Assembly: GCA_002104895.1 (NCBI GenBank)
Contig: MCFG01000220.1
Span: 62,001-114,120 of the forward strand
Direction of reading: 5' to 3'
Length of the DNA stretch: 52,120 nucleotides
Source: Anaeromyces robustus
Lineage: Eukaryota
Shown: positions 1 through 21,106 of the stretch, one piece after another
How positions within the stretch are numbered: the first letter of the stretch is position 1
How the letters are laid out: every line of letters begins with the position of its first letter
Program-made: the position numbers and the translations under genes
Notes under the pieces: model-generated
What the model was told of the DNA's origin: nothing
Seen by the model: only the letters and a program-made list of their open reading frames with translations
Databases searched by the model: none

Positions 1-2
1 TA

Positions 3-39
<37 letters not shown>

Positions 40-1558
40 TTTACTTTTCTTTAAATGTCTTTTTTTTATATATATATTTTTATCTTTCTTGCACATTTAA
101 ATATTCTGAAATTTTTATATTCTAACATCTATTTATTAATTATTCATTATTAACATTTAATTATTATTCTTTATTGATTATGATTATTATAGTATTTTAT
201 TATATATTACTTAATAATTACACATCTTTTTTTTTTTTAGAACAAATAAAAAATAAATTCAATAATAATAATAATAATAATAATTAATAATAATAATAAT
301 TAATAATAAAAAAATTAATAAATAATATTATTATAATAATTATAACAAATATAACAAATATAGAAAGTAAGGAAGAAAAAAAAAGGGTTATTATATAATC
401 AAAGTATATATATTTATTAAATTATTAAATATTACTTAAAATAAATATTATTAAATATTAATAAAAATAAAAAAATTTTATATCAATATGATTCATTTTA
501 TTTTATTTTATTTTATTTTATTTAAAAGTTTAGGCTCATTGGATTTTTTGTTAATTTTTATTATAATAATTAGAAAAATGAATCTAGAAAATAATATAAT
601 AAATAATAATAATAAAGTAAATATATATTTAAATATTATTATTATTAACTAATTAACCAATTCTTTATTTTTATATAACTAAATTTTTATCTTTTATTGT
701 CATTATTTATTATTATTTAATATAATAGAAATCTTTATTTCATTTCTTTTATCCTTTTTTTTTTTTATTATTAAATCATAATAAATAAATGAATTAGTAA
801 TTTAAAAGGAAAAAGTAATATTATAATATTATAATATTATGGTGGAATTATTTCCATTTGGATAATATTTTTTATTAATATTAAATATTAATAAAAAATA
901 TTTAATTTATTCATTAAAAACATATGAACTTTTCTTGTTTTTTTTTTTTTTTTTTACTTTTATTTTAATTTTTTACTCATTTTTTTTTACTTAATCATAT
1001 TGTAGTACATGAATAATAATTTATATTTAAATCATGCTGTATTACATTACAATCCATAATAAATTCATATTAAATACTTATTATTATTTATTATTATTAT
1101 GAATTATTATTTATTATGGATAATATTATATAATTATATAATTATATAAATCATTTTTTTTAACTGATACATATGATTGATTTAATTTGTGTATAACCTA
1201 TTTATATAATATATTATAATATAATATATATAATAAATATAATTTAATTTAATCTAATTTTATTTAATAATATTTTTTTATTCTCCATGTTTATTGGATA
1301 CGTTTAATAAATTAATATAGCATTATTCTCATATATTAAAATAAAGTTTAATCTGTATATAAACTATGAAATGTTACACAAACAGACATCTTATATTAAG
1401 TTTATTAATATTATTTTTATTTGTTATAATAATAATTTTTTAATTTTTTAATAAAAGTTAATTATTAATATTTTATAAAAAAAAATTTTTTTTTGTTTAA
1501 ATTTAAAATTTTAAAAAGTATACAAAAAATAAAATAAAATTTAAAATAAATAAATGAA

Positions 1559-1589
<31 letters not shown>

Positions 1590-4068
1590 AAATTAATTTT
1601 ATTTTATTTTATTCTATATTTATATTTATATATATAATTAGATTAAAAAAATAAAAAAAACAATAATAACGATTTAATTTATAATAAATAAATAAAGTCT
1701 TTTTTTTAATAAATTTTTAATCTGTAAAAAAAAATAAATCTTAATCTTTCCCAAAAAAATTTATTTTTATATAATTATTAAGGTTTAAAATTCGTAATAT
1801 TAACTTTTGAAATAATTTTATTTTTTATCCTTATTCAAACCTTAAAATATATAAAATTAATTAAATATTAAATTAAAAAGTTTATTTTTAATTTATTAAC
1901 ACTCTTTAAAAATATCTTGGTAAATCATGTTTTTTATATAAATTAATTAAAATAAAAGATTTGCACGATTAAATTAATAAATAATAATTATTTTAATTTA
2001 TTTTAAATAATTAAATCTTTTTTTTATAATTAATATTTTTTATTTTTTAATTTTTTGTTAGTATTTTTTTTTTCCCAAGTTTAAAAATATTAAAAAAATA
2101 CTTAATGATTATAAATATTAAGAATAATTATAAATTTCCAAAAAATTCAAAATTCCAAGATTTTTTTTTCCTAAGCAGAATTTAATTATGAGTAATAAGA
2201 TTAATTGACCTATCAATTCTTTTATTATTAATTTTAATTTAATTTTTATTTTTATTTTTATTTTTTGTATTTAATATTTTTAATATTTTTTAATATTTTT
2301 TAATATTTTTAATAATAATAATTAACTAAACTAGAATATATAATTAACTATTATTTATTATTAAATAAAAATTTAGGGAAAAAACATGAAATGAAATGAA
2401 ATAAAAAAAATGAAATAAAAAAAAAACTTTTTTTTTCCATTATATTTGTCATTTTATAAAAAAAAATTAATTTATTTTATTAATTTTTTCCTTTTAATTC
2501 TTCACTTCCCACATGTTAAAGATATTCAAGTATTATTATTATAAACAATAAACAATTCATATAAACATTTATCATTTATCATTATATATAATAATATTAT
2601 AATATTTTATAATTAACTTTTTTTATTAGATTTTTTTTGTTTTTTTACCATTTTCCATATATCTTTTATTATTTATAAAAGTCAAACAACAGAAAAAAAA
2701 AGAATATTAAAATAATAATAAAAATAATATAAAAGAAAAAAAGAAAAAAAGAAAAAAAAAGAAGATAAAGTTTTATGGTTTATTTATTTAATTTTTAATA
2801 AATAAAGTTTTTGATCATTTTTATTTAATATGAAATAATATTCTAAATTAATTATAGAAAAAAAAATTAATAACTAAATAAATGGAAAAGAATATAGAAA
2901 TCTATATAAAATCAAATTTTAAAAAATAAAATAATTAATACTACTTTTAGTTAAAAAATATTTTTTCATTTTTATATTTATATAAAATATAATCATTAAG
3001 TATTTAAGAATTTTTATAAAATAAAATAAAATAAAATAAAATAAAATAAAATAAAATGTTATATAATAAAAAAAAAGGTTGAATTTTTATAATAACATTT
3101 TAATAAGAAAAAATAAAAAATGGATAGTAAAAAAAAATTCATTTTATTTTATTTTATTTTATTTTATTATAAAATCTTAATAGTTAAGAATTCAAAAATT
3201 AAAATACTTTTTTTTTTTTTTATAATTTATTTTTAATTAAAATTTAAATTTTTATCATTTTTTGTCTTTTTTTTATATTAAATCATCTTTTTTAGGGAAA
3301 ATGATTAACATGATTCGCAATTGATCATTTTCAAAAAATAATAATAATTAAAGTTTAAAAATGGAAATTAAAAATTGTTGTGTAATTATAAAATTATTAT
3401 ATTAAAAAAATAATGGAATACATTTATATTAAAAATAGTTTATTTAAAAAAGTAAATTTATAATAATACTAACGAAAAAAAAAATAAATAAATAAATAAT
3501 AAATAAATAAATAAATAAATAGATAGATAAATAAATAAATAAATAAAAGAAATAAAAATAAATAAATAAAAGAAATAAATAATGATAATAATAATATTAA
3601 TAATTAATAATAATAAATTCTAATAAATAATAATTAATAAATAATTATATTAAAAAGTATGATAATAATATTAATAATTTAATATAATATTAATAATTTT
3701 GTATATATTATATATATATTATTAATATAACAACATCATCCAAATAATTAAATAATAATAAATAAAAAAAAAAAAAAGGGGGGGGACAACAGTTAATATA
3801 ACATAACATTATAACATTTATATATAATATATATACACAACCATGTAAAAATAAAAGGAAAAAAAAAATATAAATAGTTTTGAAAATTTCTCTAAAATAA
3901 TAAAATTTTTTTTTCCTCATTCTATTTTATATTATTAATATTGATTATTAATATATAAAAATTTTTATTATATATATTAAAAAAAATAGAATAGAATAGA
4001 ATTTTTATAGTATAGAAAAAATAAAAAAAAAAAAATAAATATATATATTTTAAAAAAAAAAAATAAAA

Positions 4069-4814
4069 ATGAAATACTTATCTACTCTCTCATTATTATT
4101 AGCTGGTCTTGGCACAACTTTAGTTCGTGCTTATGATGAATGTAAAGCATGTAATGTTGTTTATGTTGAAGGTGATGAAAAATGGGGTGTTGAAAACAAT
4201 GACTGGTGTAGTAAGTATAAAAAAAAACATTGAAAGAAAATTTTTATATATATATATATAATATAAAAAAAATTATAAGAATACTTTTATATAATTAGAA
4301 TATAAACTTATACTATATTACATTATATTCTAATTATATAAAAGTAAAGTAAATAAATATACTAATTTATTATTTATTATTTATTATTTATTAATATATA
4401 AATAGTAATTCCATCCAAGTGTGATAATGGTGAAAAGGAATGTTTCGCTTACCCATTATACAACTGTTGTAAAGGATGTGATGTTATTGAAGAATCTGAT
4501 GAAGGTAAATGGGGTATTGAAAATGGTTACTGGTGTGGTATTAAAGATTCTTGCTTTAAGACTGACGAACCAGTTGAAGGTAAATATAATATAATAATAT
4601 ATTAATAATAATAATAATAAATAATAAATAATAAGAAAAAGAAAAATAAGATATAAATAATAATAATAAAATATAAATAATATAAATAATATAAATAAAT
4701 AATAACTGTTCATATATTTTTATATTATATTTTTAATTAATATTTATATTTATTATTAATAATATTTATTTTATACAATAAATATTTCCATATTAAATTA
4801 ATCCCAAAAATAAA

Positions 4815-4849
<35 letters not shown>

Positions 4850-6201
4850 CTATACAATATAAAAAAAAAAAAATAGAACCAGTTGTTGGAAATGACTACG
4901 TTCTTAAGGATGGTTGGTATACCATTAAAAACCCAAATTCTAACAAATATCTTCAAGTTAGTTATGGTAGAGGTGGTGATGCCGTTAATGTTGTTATCGG
5001 TTCCAACCCACAAAAATGGAAACTTGAAAATGTTGGTGATGGTTATGTTACTTTACTTACTATGTATGGTGACTACATGTTAGATGTAGCTGCTGGTGAT
5101 AGTAAAGATGGTGCTAACATTCAAATTTATTCTGCTTATGGTGGTGATGCTCAACAATTTGCTATTATTCCAACTTCTAACGGTAATACTTATGTTATTG
5201 GTAGTAAGGTTAGTAATGGTGAAAAAGTTCTTGATATTGAAAAAGCTAGTACTTCTGAAGGTAGTAATGTTTTACAATGGGTTAATGGTGAAAAAGCTAA
5301 TCAAACTTGGATTTTTGAATCTGTTAGTGCTCCATCTGAAGAAGAAGTTAATCCACCAAAGAGTTCTTCAAACTTCCAATATGAAGCTTACATGCAATAC
5401 AGAGATGCTCCAGGAAATTACCTTAACAGTTGTCCACAAGCTGGTAGAATTATTAAGGAAAGTTACAATGGTATTAATGGTGGTAATAGTTTAAATGTTT
5501 ACTTACCTTATGGTTATGATAAGAATAAGCAATACAATATTTTCTATCTTATGCATGGTGGTGGTGAAAATGAAAATACTATTTTCTCAAGAGATGTTAA
5601 CCTTCAACCAATTATTGATAATTTAATTATGAATGGTGAACTTGAACCATTGATTATTGTTACTCCAACTTTCAATAAATGTGAAGCTCGTACTTTCTAC
5701 AGAGAATTCCGTGAATCTGTTATTCCATTTGTTGAAGGTAAATATTCTACTTATGCTAAATCTACTTCTGCTAATGATATTAAAGCTTCTAGAATGCATA
5801 GAGCCTTTGGTGGTTTCTCTATGGGTTCAGCTTCTACTTGGGCTGTTCTTGTTAATTGTATTGATATTGTTGGTTACTTTATGCCACTTAGTGGTGATAA
5901 TTGGGAAGCTGATGGTGGTTATGGTAAAGCTAAATCTGTAGCTGATGCTATTAACAGAGCTGGTTTTAAGAAGGATGAATTCTATATCTTTGCTGCTACT
6001 GGTTCTGAAGATATTGCTTATCCAAATATGAACCCACAAATGGATGAAATGAAGAAAATGGATCCATTTGTTTATACTTCTGATTTCTCTAAAGGTAACT
6101 TTTATTATCTTGTTGCTCCAGGTAAAACTCACTGGTGGGGTTATGTTAAACATTATATCTATGATGCTCTTCCATCCTTCTTCCATGAAAAACAAGATTA
6201 A
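4069..6201 (+). CDS. Secreted cellulosomal carbohydrate esterase family 1 (feruloyl/acetylxylan esterase-like): signal peptide, 2 fungal dockerins (CBM10-like), ricin-B/CBM13, CE1 domain; exons 4069-4210, 4406-4579, 4877-6201
   Basis: MKYLSTLSLLLAGLGTTLVRA signal peptide; dockerin motifs KWGVENNDWC and CCKGC..KWGIENGYWCGI; two phase-1 GT..AG introns keep frame; ricin-type repeats (YLQV, MLDVAAG..ANIQIY..AQQF, VLDI..NVLQW..NQTW); esterase motifs YLMHGGG, GFSMG, THWW. ORF 5062..6201 is the 3' part. Confidence 0.93.
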
Positions 6202-6832
6202 AAATAAAAATAAAAAAAAGAACAATTAGTTTTTTTTTTTTTATTTGAAATAAATAAATATAAATAAAATAGATAGATAAAGTTTTTTTTTTTTAATATA
6301 TATAAAATTTATTATTTTATATATGTATATATAAAAAAAGTTTAAAGTCAAAAAAAAAAAAAAAAAAAATAAAAACAAAATAATTTTATATATATATGTA
6401 TAATAAATAAAAAAAAATATATTTTGATATATAAAACTTTTTTTTTTAAAAAAAAAAAAGTTTATATTTAAATCAAAACAAATACAAAAGAAAGGAAAAA
6501 AAACTTTAAAAAAAAGATCATTTAATTTTCATAAAAAAATAAAATAAAAATAAAAATGAGGATTAAATGATTAAAAAAAAAAATTCTTTTTTTTTTTTTT
6601 TTTTAAAAGAAAAAAAGGAAAAAAAAAAAGAATAATTAAGTGTGTTTAAATGACTAAAAACAAAAAGCGTTTAAAAACATCTAAAAGTAAATAAAAAATA
6701 ATTTTTTATCTTCGTGTTTACCTCTATTGTTTAAAATAAAAATATAAAAAAAAATTATTATAAAAAATACTTTAAAAAAAAAAAAAAAAAAAAAAAATAA
6801 ACAAAAAAAAATTATTTTATTTTTTCTATATA

Positions 6833-6875
<43 letters not shown>

Positions 6876-6984
6876 CGAACTTACAATAAAAATTAAAAAA
6901 TAAAAATTAAAAATTAAAAATTAAAAAATTAAAAATTAACATGTTTATAGGTTATAAAAAAAAAAATAAAAAAACCTATGATAT

Positions 6985-7015
<31 letters not shown>

Positions 7016-7159
7016 AATAAAAAAATAAATTTTAAAAAATAAATGTTTTAAAAAAATAAAGAAAAAATTAATGGGAATGAATTTAATATTATTTAATTAT
7101 AGTTTTAATAAACATAAAAATATTATTAAAAAAAAAAGTTTAAAAATTATATAAAATTA

Positions 7160-7191
<32 letters not shown>

Positions 7192-7570
7192 TAGATTTAT
7201 TTTGAAACAAAAAGTCACAAAAAAGTCATGATTACTAATTTTTTTTTTTTTTAATTTTTTTTTTCTAAATCAATAAAAATCAATAAATCTTAAATCATAA
7301 AAAAAAACTATGATGATGTCCACCTTTTTTTTTTTGTAAATCAAATTATTCATCTTTGTATACATTATGTTATGTTGACTTTTTTGTATATTTTTATATT
7401 TTTTTTTATATTAATATAAATAATTATATTGATATATTATATATATATAATAATAATAACTAAATATTTACATATATATATATATGCAAATACTAAAGAA
7501 ACAGTTATAAATAAAAAAAGGAACTTTATATATATATAAAAACGATAGTAAATTATATTTATTTTTTTAT

Positions 7571-14391
<6,821 letters not shown>

Positions 14392-14871
14392 TTTTTTAAT
14401 GTTAAAAAAATAAAATTATTATAACTACTACAATGTATTTATATAAGTTCTTTTTTTTTAACTAAATTCTATAATTTAGAATTTCAAACATTAAAATTGA
14501 TGAAATAAAGAAATTTAAAATTAAAAAAAAAAATATATAAATAATTAATAATAATATTTAAATTTAAATAATTATTAATTATTCCTTATAAAAAGAAAAA
14601 AAATACTTTAATGATTAATTTAATTTATTATTATTATTTTATTAGTATTTAATATTTATTCCTATTTAAATTATTTAAATTATTTATTATTATTTAATTA
14701 TTTAATTAAATCATTAATTTTTATTTATTGATATTCATATATATATTATTAATATATTTTAATATATGATAATATTTCAATTTATAGATCATAAAAATAT
14801 AATTTTATTATTAATTAAAGTTTCATAAATTTAATTATAATAATGGAATAATCCAAATGTTTTAGCAATTA

Positions 14872-14885
14872 ATTTATTTATTGAT

Positions 14886-14924
<39 letters not shown>

Positions 14925-14929
14925 TTGAT

Positions 14930-14996
<67 letters not shown>

Positions 14997-15001
14997 TTGA
15001 T

Positions 15002-15040
<39 letters not shown>

Positions 15041-15060
15041 TTCATTCATTCATTCATTCA
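14872..15060. repeat. (TTTA)n/(TTCA)n tetranucleotide microsatellite
   Basis: Directly visible tandem array. Confidence 0.9.
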
Positions 15061-16318
15061 ATTATTTCACATGTTAATTAAAATATTTTTGAATCCCATT
15101 ATTATATTATATATAATCCCATTATTATTATATATAAATAACAATGAATTAAAATTTAAAATTATATCAACATACATAAATTGGTAAAATATATTTATTA
15201 TATAAATAATATCAATATATATACCAACAAAATCCAACAAAGTTACCTAACTTTATTTATTTTATCATGGTAAACCATGTTAATATCATAACTAAAATAT
15301 TATTTAATATTTACATACTCTACGCTACTTATTATGGAAGAGTAAATCTACTTAAATTTCTATCATTTAAATTTATTTTTAGTAAAAATTTTATTATATA
15401 AATAATAAATAAATAATAATAACAGTAACATTGTTAATAAATAAGTAAATAATAATAAATAAATAAATAAATAAATTAATAAATAAATAAATAAATAAAT
15501 AATTCATAAGGTTGTTCGATACACAATTTTTTTAATGTTAAAAGTGTTTAAAACTACTGGTAAAATTATTGATTGCTTTTTTATGGCTTTTTAATTATGG
15601 ATTATGTTACACAACAAAATCATTATCGATTTTTGTTTCAAAAGAATAAAAAAAAATGATTTAATTTCATATGATAAAAACAATTAAAAAAATAATTTAA
15701 AATATTTTTTATATTTAATTATTTAATTTCTTTTTTTTTTTTGTTGTTGTTGTTTTTTCTTTGTGTTTTTTACTAATTATCTCTAACACTAATTATTATT
15801 AATCTAATTATTATTAACCATTATTAATCCATTATATAATCATTAACATTAATATTTAAATTTAATAAATAAATTAAATAAAGAGATTTTATATTAAAAT
15901 TAAATTAAAAAAAAAAAAATTAATTTCAATCAATTTTAAATATAAATAAAAAAAAAAATATAAATTTAAATATAAAAAGAGGAAAAAAAGTTTTTTTTAA
16001 ATTTTTATTAAAAATAATAATAAAATCAAATTAAATAAATAGAAAATAATAGATACATAAAATAAAAAAAAAGAAAAGAAAAGAAAAAGAAGATAAAAAA
16101 AATAAAATAAAATAAAATAAAATAAAAAAAATAAAAGAATATATAATAAAATAAAATAAAATTAAATAAAAAAAACAAATACTATTATAAAAATAATAAT
16201 ATAAAAGCAATAATAATAAAAAAAATAATAAATATAATAAAAATAATAATAATAATCATAAAAATAATAATAATTATAAAAAAAATTAATTAATTAATTA
16301 ATTAATTAATTAATAAAA

Positions 16319-17272
16319 ATGGTTTCATTTTCAGGTTCTGTATTTAATTTTCTTGTAACATCTATGTTAAACATTACAGGAATTAAAGGAAATATAGATT
16401 CCTATATCTTAAATCATAGAAAAGAAACATCAGAATTTAAAGCAAAAAAAGGTTATAAAGTTACTTTTAAGAAAATAGAAAAAAATACTCGTTATCTTAT
16501 ATTTCAAAAAGATACTGATACCACAATAAAAAAAATACTTTATTATATTCATGGAGGTGCCTATATTATGGGTTTATCTTCTATTTATTATAATTTATCT
16601 TATACTTTTTGTAATTTAAAAGATGATTTAGCCGTTGTTTTATTAGATTATTCCTTAGCTCCAGAATATATTCATCCAACTCAAATTAATGAAGCCATGG
16701 ATGTATGGAAAGAATTAACAAAAGAATTTAAACCAGAAAATATTATAGTTGGAGGTGATTCAGCAGGTGGTAATTGTGCCATGGTTTTAGTACAACAAAT
16801 TGCTAATCAAAAAATGAATTTACCAAAAGCAGCTATTTTCATTTCACCTGTAACCGATTATAGTAATTCTTTTGAAAGTCATTTTAAAAATTATCAAAAA
16901 GATATTTTATTTGGTAATCCAAAAGAACCTTTAACTAAAGAACATCATGAAAATCTGTTAAAAACCGGTTTAAATAGGTATTATGTAGGTGATATCTCTG
17001 TTGAAGATAAAAAAAATCCTTTAATTTCACCAGCTTTTGGTAATTTTACTACATTTCCTAAATCCCTTTTCTTTGTTGGAAGTGACGAAATGTTATTAGA
17101 TGATACATTAATTGTTGTTAATAAAATAAAAAAAGAAAATAAAAATGCTGAAGTAGAATGTATAGTTCAAGAAGGAATGATTCATTGTTATCCTATATTT
17201 ACAACTTTAGTATCAGAAAGTAAACAAGCTCAAGAAAAAATTAAATCCTATATTTTAGAAAATTTATATTAG
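16319..17272 (+). CDS. Alpha/beta hydrolase fold-3 (HSL-family) esterase/lipase, intronless, copy A
   Basis: 317-aa ORF with YIHGGAY oxyanion motif, DYSLAPE, GGDSAGG nucleophile elbow, GSDEML acid and GMIH His; no obvious signal peptide. Confidence 0.93.
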   Translation: MVSFSGSVFNFLVTSMLNITGIKGNIDSYILNHRKETSEFKAKKGYKVTFKKIEKNTRYLIFQKDTDTTIKKILYYIHGGAYIMGLSSIYYNLSYTFCNLKDDLAVVLLDYSLAPEYIHPTQINEAMDVWKELTKEFKPENIIVGGDSAGGNCAMVLVQQIANQKMNLPKAAIFISPVTDYSNSFESHFKNYQKDILFGNPKEPLTKEHHENLLKTGLNRYYVGDISVEDKKNPLISPAFGNFTTFPKSLFFVGSDEMLLDDTLIVVNKIKKENKNAEVECIVQEGMIHCYPIFTTLVSESKQAQEKIKSYILENLY

Positions 17273-17324
17273 TTTTTTTTTTTTTAAAAAAAAAAAAAAA
17301 ACATTAAGAAATAAATAAATAAAT

Positions 17325-17583
17325 TTATATATATAAATAAATATATAAATATATATATAAATAAATATATAAATATATATATAAATAAATATATAAATAT
17401 ATATATAAATAAATATATAAATATATATATAAATAAATATATAAATATATATATAAATAAATATATAAATATATATATAAATAAATATATAAATATATAT
17501 ATAAATAAATATATAAATATATATATAAATAAATATATAAATATATATATAAATAAATATATAAATATATATATAAATAAATA
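17325..17583. repeat. AT-only minisatellite (~24-bp period) downstream of hydrolase A
   Basis: Repeating atatataaataaatatataaatat; source of the IYLY ORF. A shorter, degenerate version follows copy B. Confidence 0.9.
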
Positions 17584-18325
17584 TTTAAATCATTAAAAAA
17601 AAATTTCATAATCCTATATACATCTCCAAATTAAAGAAATATATAATATAACCACTTATATATTCTTTTCATATTGATATAAATTATTTTTTTATTTTAA
17701 TATAAATTATTTGAGGTATGACACTTTTAAGGTTCAGAAAATTTTTAAATAAGGAGAGAATTTTGTTTTAATAAAATTTATTATATTTATTAATTATTTA
17801 TTATATTTTTGAACTTAATTTTTGTCTACATTTTATATTAGATATTTTTAATTCTTTTTATACTTTTAAAATTATAATTATTTAATATTTGTATAATTAT
17901 TTCTTTACCTTATTTTTAAGGAGAAAAATAAGGAGTTTATAATTATAACTAATATAAATAATTAATCACTATTTTCTATATTTTACCTAATGTTATAAAA
18001 CTATAATTAATGTAAATAATACATTAATTTATGTATATAATAAAATAATTTTATAGATTTTATGTTCTTATATTATTAATTAATTTCTTAATAAATTTAT
18101 GTATTGTAATAAAATTTAATACGTATTAAATTATTATATAATTTACATTATATAATAATTTATTGTGGCGCATTATTTACTAATAATTTTAAATTTATGT
18201 TTATTTTACTTCATATTATTTATTAGCTATGTTATTTTTAATTTAATGTAATAATAAATTTATAAAAAATTATTATAATTATCTAATAAATATAATATGT
18301 TGTTATGTCATAATAAATTATATAA

Positions 18326-18432
<107 letters not shown>

Positions 18433-18870
18433 TATCTATGATCTAAGCATTAATATAATATTCTTTTTAATTGTTGTTGGTTTAATAAACTAGTATATAA
18501 TTTTTTGGTTTAACTAGAATATACTATATTTATATTATATTTTTTTATAAATAATTATAAATTACAAAAAAATAAAACAAAATTTATTAAATTATATATT
18601 TAATCAAAGAGATATTAACATTTATGTTATGTGAGAAATACTAAAAAATTCTTTATTATTATTATTGTTATTATTATAATTGTATTGTCACAAAAATCTT
18701 TAAAACATAATATATCATAATTCTTTACTACTGTTTCTTTTTTTTTTTTTTTTTGTCCAATATAATTATGTGTCTAATCCTCCACACTATCATCATATTA
18801 TAAATCTTTGAATAATCTTTTTTTTTTTTTTATGTAATTAGAGTTTTTTATTTTATTTTACTAGTTATAG

Positions 18871-18905
<35 letters not shown>

Positions 18906-18928
18906 AGTTAATTTCAAAATAATCTTAA

Positions 18929-19026
18929 TTAATAAATATTAATTTAAAATCAGTTATTGAAAGTATATACTTAAACACAAGTTTTTTTTTTCTTTCAATA
19001 ACTGATTTTTAATTAATATTTATTAA
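18929..19026. repeat. 35-bp inverted repeat (1 mismatch) with 28-nt spacer
   Basis: ttaataaatattaatttaaaatcagttattgaaag (18929-18963) versus ctttcaataactgatttttaattaatatttattaa (18992-19026). Confidence 0.85.
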
Positions 19027-19694
19027 GTATATGAAAAAGTAAAAAAATAATTATAATAATAAATTCTTTTTATAATAAAATATTTTTAATTCTATTGAAT
19101 TATTTGTTTTATTATTATTATATATATATATATATATTTTTTTTTTCTTTTAAATTTCTTTGTTTAAAATTTTATACATATTTTATTTTTAGCAAAAATT
19201 TAATTATATATAAATAATAATAATGAATAACAGAAATAATGAATAATAAATAATAAATAAATAATAAATTTTTATTAATTTATTATTGTTTTGTTGTTTG
19301 TTCTACAATTTTTTAATGTTAAAAAATTATTATTTGTTAAAAATTATTATTAAAATTATTATTATCTTCTAATTATGGGTTATGTTACACAACAAAATCA
19401 TCATCATTTTTTAATTTTTTAATTTTTTTTTTTTAAATAAAAATAATAATAAAAATAATAATAAAAAATATCGTATGATAAAATATTAATAATTAATTAT
19501 TAAAAAAATTTTTTTTAAATCATTTTTTAATTTTTAATTATTAATTTTTAATTATTAATATTTTAATTTTAATAATAATAAAAATCTATCATTTTTATAT
19601 ATATATATATATAATTAATATAACATAAAATTAAAAACAAATATAAAAAGAGAAAAAAAAGTTTTTCAAATTTTTAATAAAAATAAAAATAAAA

Positions 19695-19759
<65 letters not shown>

Positions 19760-20015
19760 CAAATAAATAAATAAATAGAAAATTATATATATATATATAC
19801 AACAAACAAACAAAGAATAAGATAAAATAAACAAAATAAAATAAATAATAAAAAAAAATAAAAGAATATATAATAAAACTAATAATTAAATATTCTAAAG
19901 AAATATAAAAAATAAAACAAAATAAAATACTATATAAAAAAAAACAAATATTATTATAAAAGCAATAATAATAAAAATAAAAATATATAAACAATAATAA
20001 TAATAATATAAAAGC

Positions 20016-20049
<34 letters not shown>

Positions 20050-20113
20050 TAAAAGCAATAATAATAAAAATAATAAATATAATAATAATCATAAAATTAA
20101 TTAATTAATAAAA

Positions 20114-21067
20114 ATGGTTTCATTTTCAGGTTCGGTATTTAATTTTCTTATGACATCTATGTTGAAAATTTCAGGAATTAGAGGAAATATGGATTCCTAT
20201 ATACTAAAACAGAGAAAAGAAATATCTGAATTTAAAGCAAGAAAAGGTTATAAAGTTACTTTTAAAAAAACAGAAAAAAATACTCGTTATCTTATATTTC
20301 AAAAAGATACCGATACCCCAATAAAAAAAATATTTTATTATATTCATGGAGGTGCCTATATTATGGGTTTATCTTCTATTTATTATAATTTATCTTATAA
20401 TTTTTGTAATTTAAAAGATGATTTAGCCGTTGTTTTATTAGATTATTCCTTAGCTCCAGAATATATTCATCCAACTCAAATTAATGAAGCCATGGATGTA
20501 TGGAAAGAATTAATAAAAGAATTTAAACCAGAAAATATTATAGTTGGAGGTGATTCAGCAGGTGGTAATTGTGCCATGGCTTTAGTCCAACAAATTGCTA
20601 ATCAAAAAATGAATTTACCAAAAGCAGCAATTTTCATTTCACCTGTAACCGATTATAGTAATTCTTTTGAAAGTCATTTTAAAAATTATCAAAAAGATAT
20701 TTTATTTGGTAATCCAAAAGAACCTTTAACTAAAGAATTTCATGAAGAAATGTTAAAAAAAGGTTTAAATAGTTATTATGTAGGTGATATGCCTATTGAA
20801 GATAGAAAAAATCCTTTAATTTCACCAGCTTTTGGTAATTTTACTACATTTCCTAAATCCCTTTTCTTTGTTGGAAGTGATGAAATGTTATTAGATGATA
20901 CATTAAATGTTGTTAATAAAATAAAAAAAGAAAATAAAAATGCTGAAGTAGAATGTATAGTTCAAGAAGGAATGATTCATTGTTATCCTATCTATACAAC
21001 TTTGGTATCAGAAAGTAAACAAGCTCAAGAAAAAATTAAATCCTACCTATTAGAAAATTTATATTAG
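20114..21067 (+). CDS. Alpha/beta hydrolase fold-3 (HSL-family) esterase/lipase, intronless, copy B (tandem paralog)
   Basis: 317-aa ORF with the same motifs as copy A; 27 of 317 residues differ by manual count; flanks also similar. Confidence 0.93.
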   Translation: MVSFSGSVFNFLMTSMLKISGIRGNMDSYILKQRKEISEFKARKGYKVTFKKTEKNTRYLIFQKDTDTPIKKIFYYIHGGAYIMGLSSIYYNLSYNFCNLKDDLAVVLLDYSLAPEYIHPTQINEAMDVWKELIKEFKPENIIVGGDSAGGNCAMALVQQIANQKMNLPKAAIFISPVTDYSNSFESHFKNYQKDILFGNPKEPLTKEFHEEMLKKGLNSYYVGDMPIEDRKNPLISPAFGNFTTFPKSLFFVGSDEMLLDDTLNVVNKIKKENKNAEVECIVQEGMIHCYPIYTTLVSESKQAQEKIKSYLLENLY

Positions 21068-21068
21068 A

Positions 21069-21106
<38 letters not shown>

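Noticed and set aside
2373..3298. Isolated TTAGGG hexamers and scattered CATG/GGAAA words upstream of the CE1 gene
   Set aside because: Single copies, not telomeric arrays; cannot be distinguished from chance without statistics.
4456..6225. Overlapping ORFs 4456-4713, 4798-5013, 4883-5083, 5096-5494, 5657-5941, 5827-6225
   Set aside because: Alternate-frame or antisense shadows of the CE1 gene.
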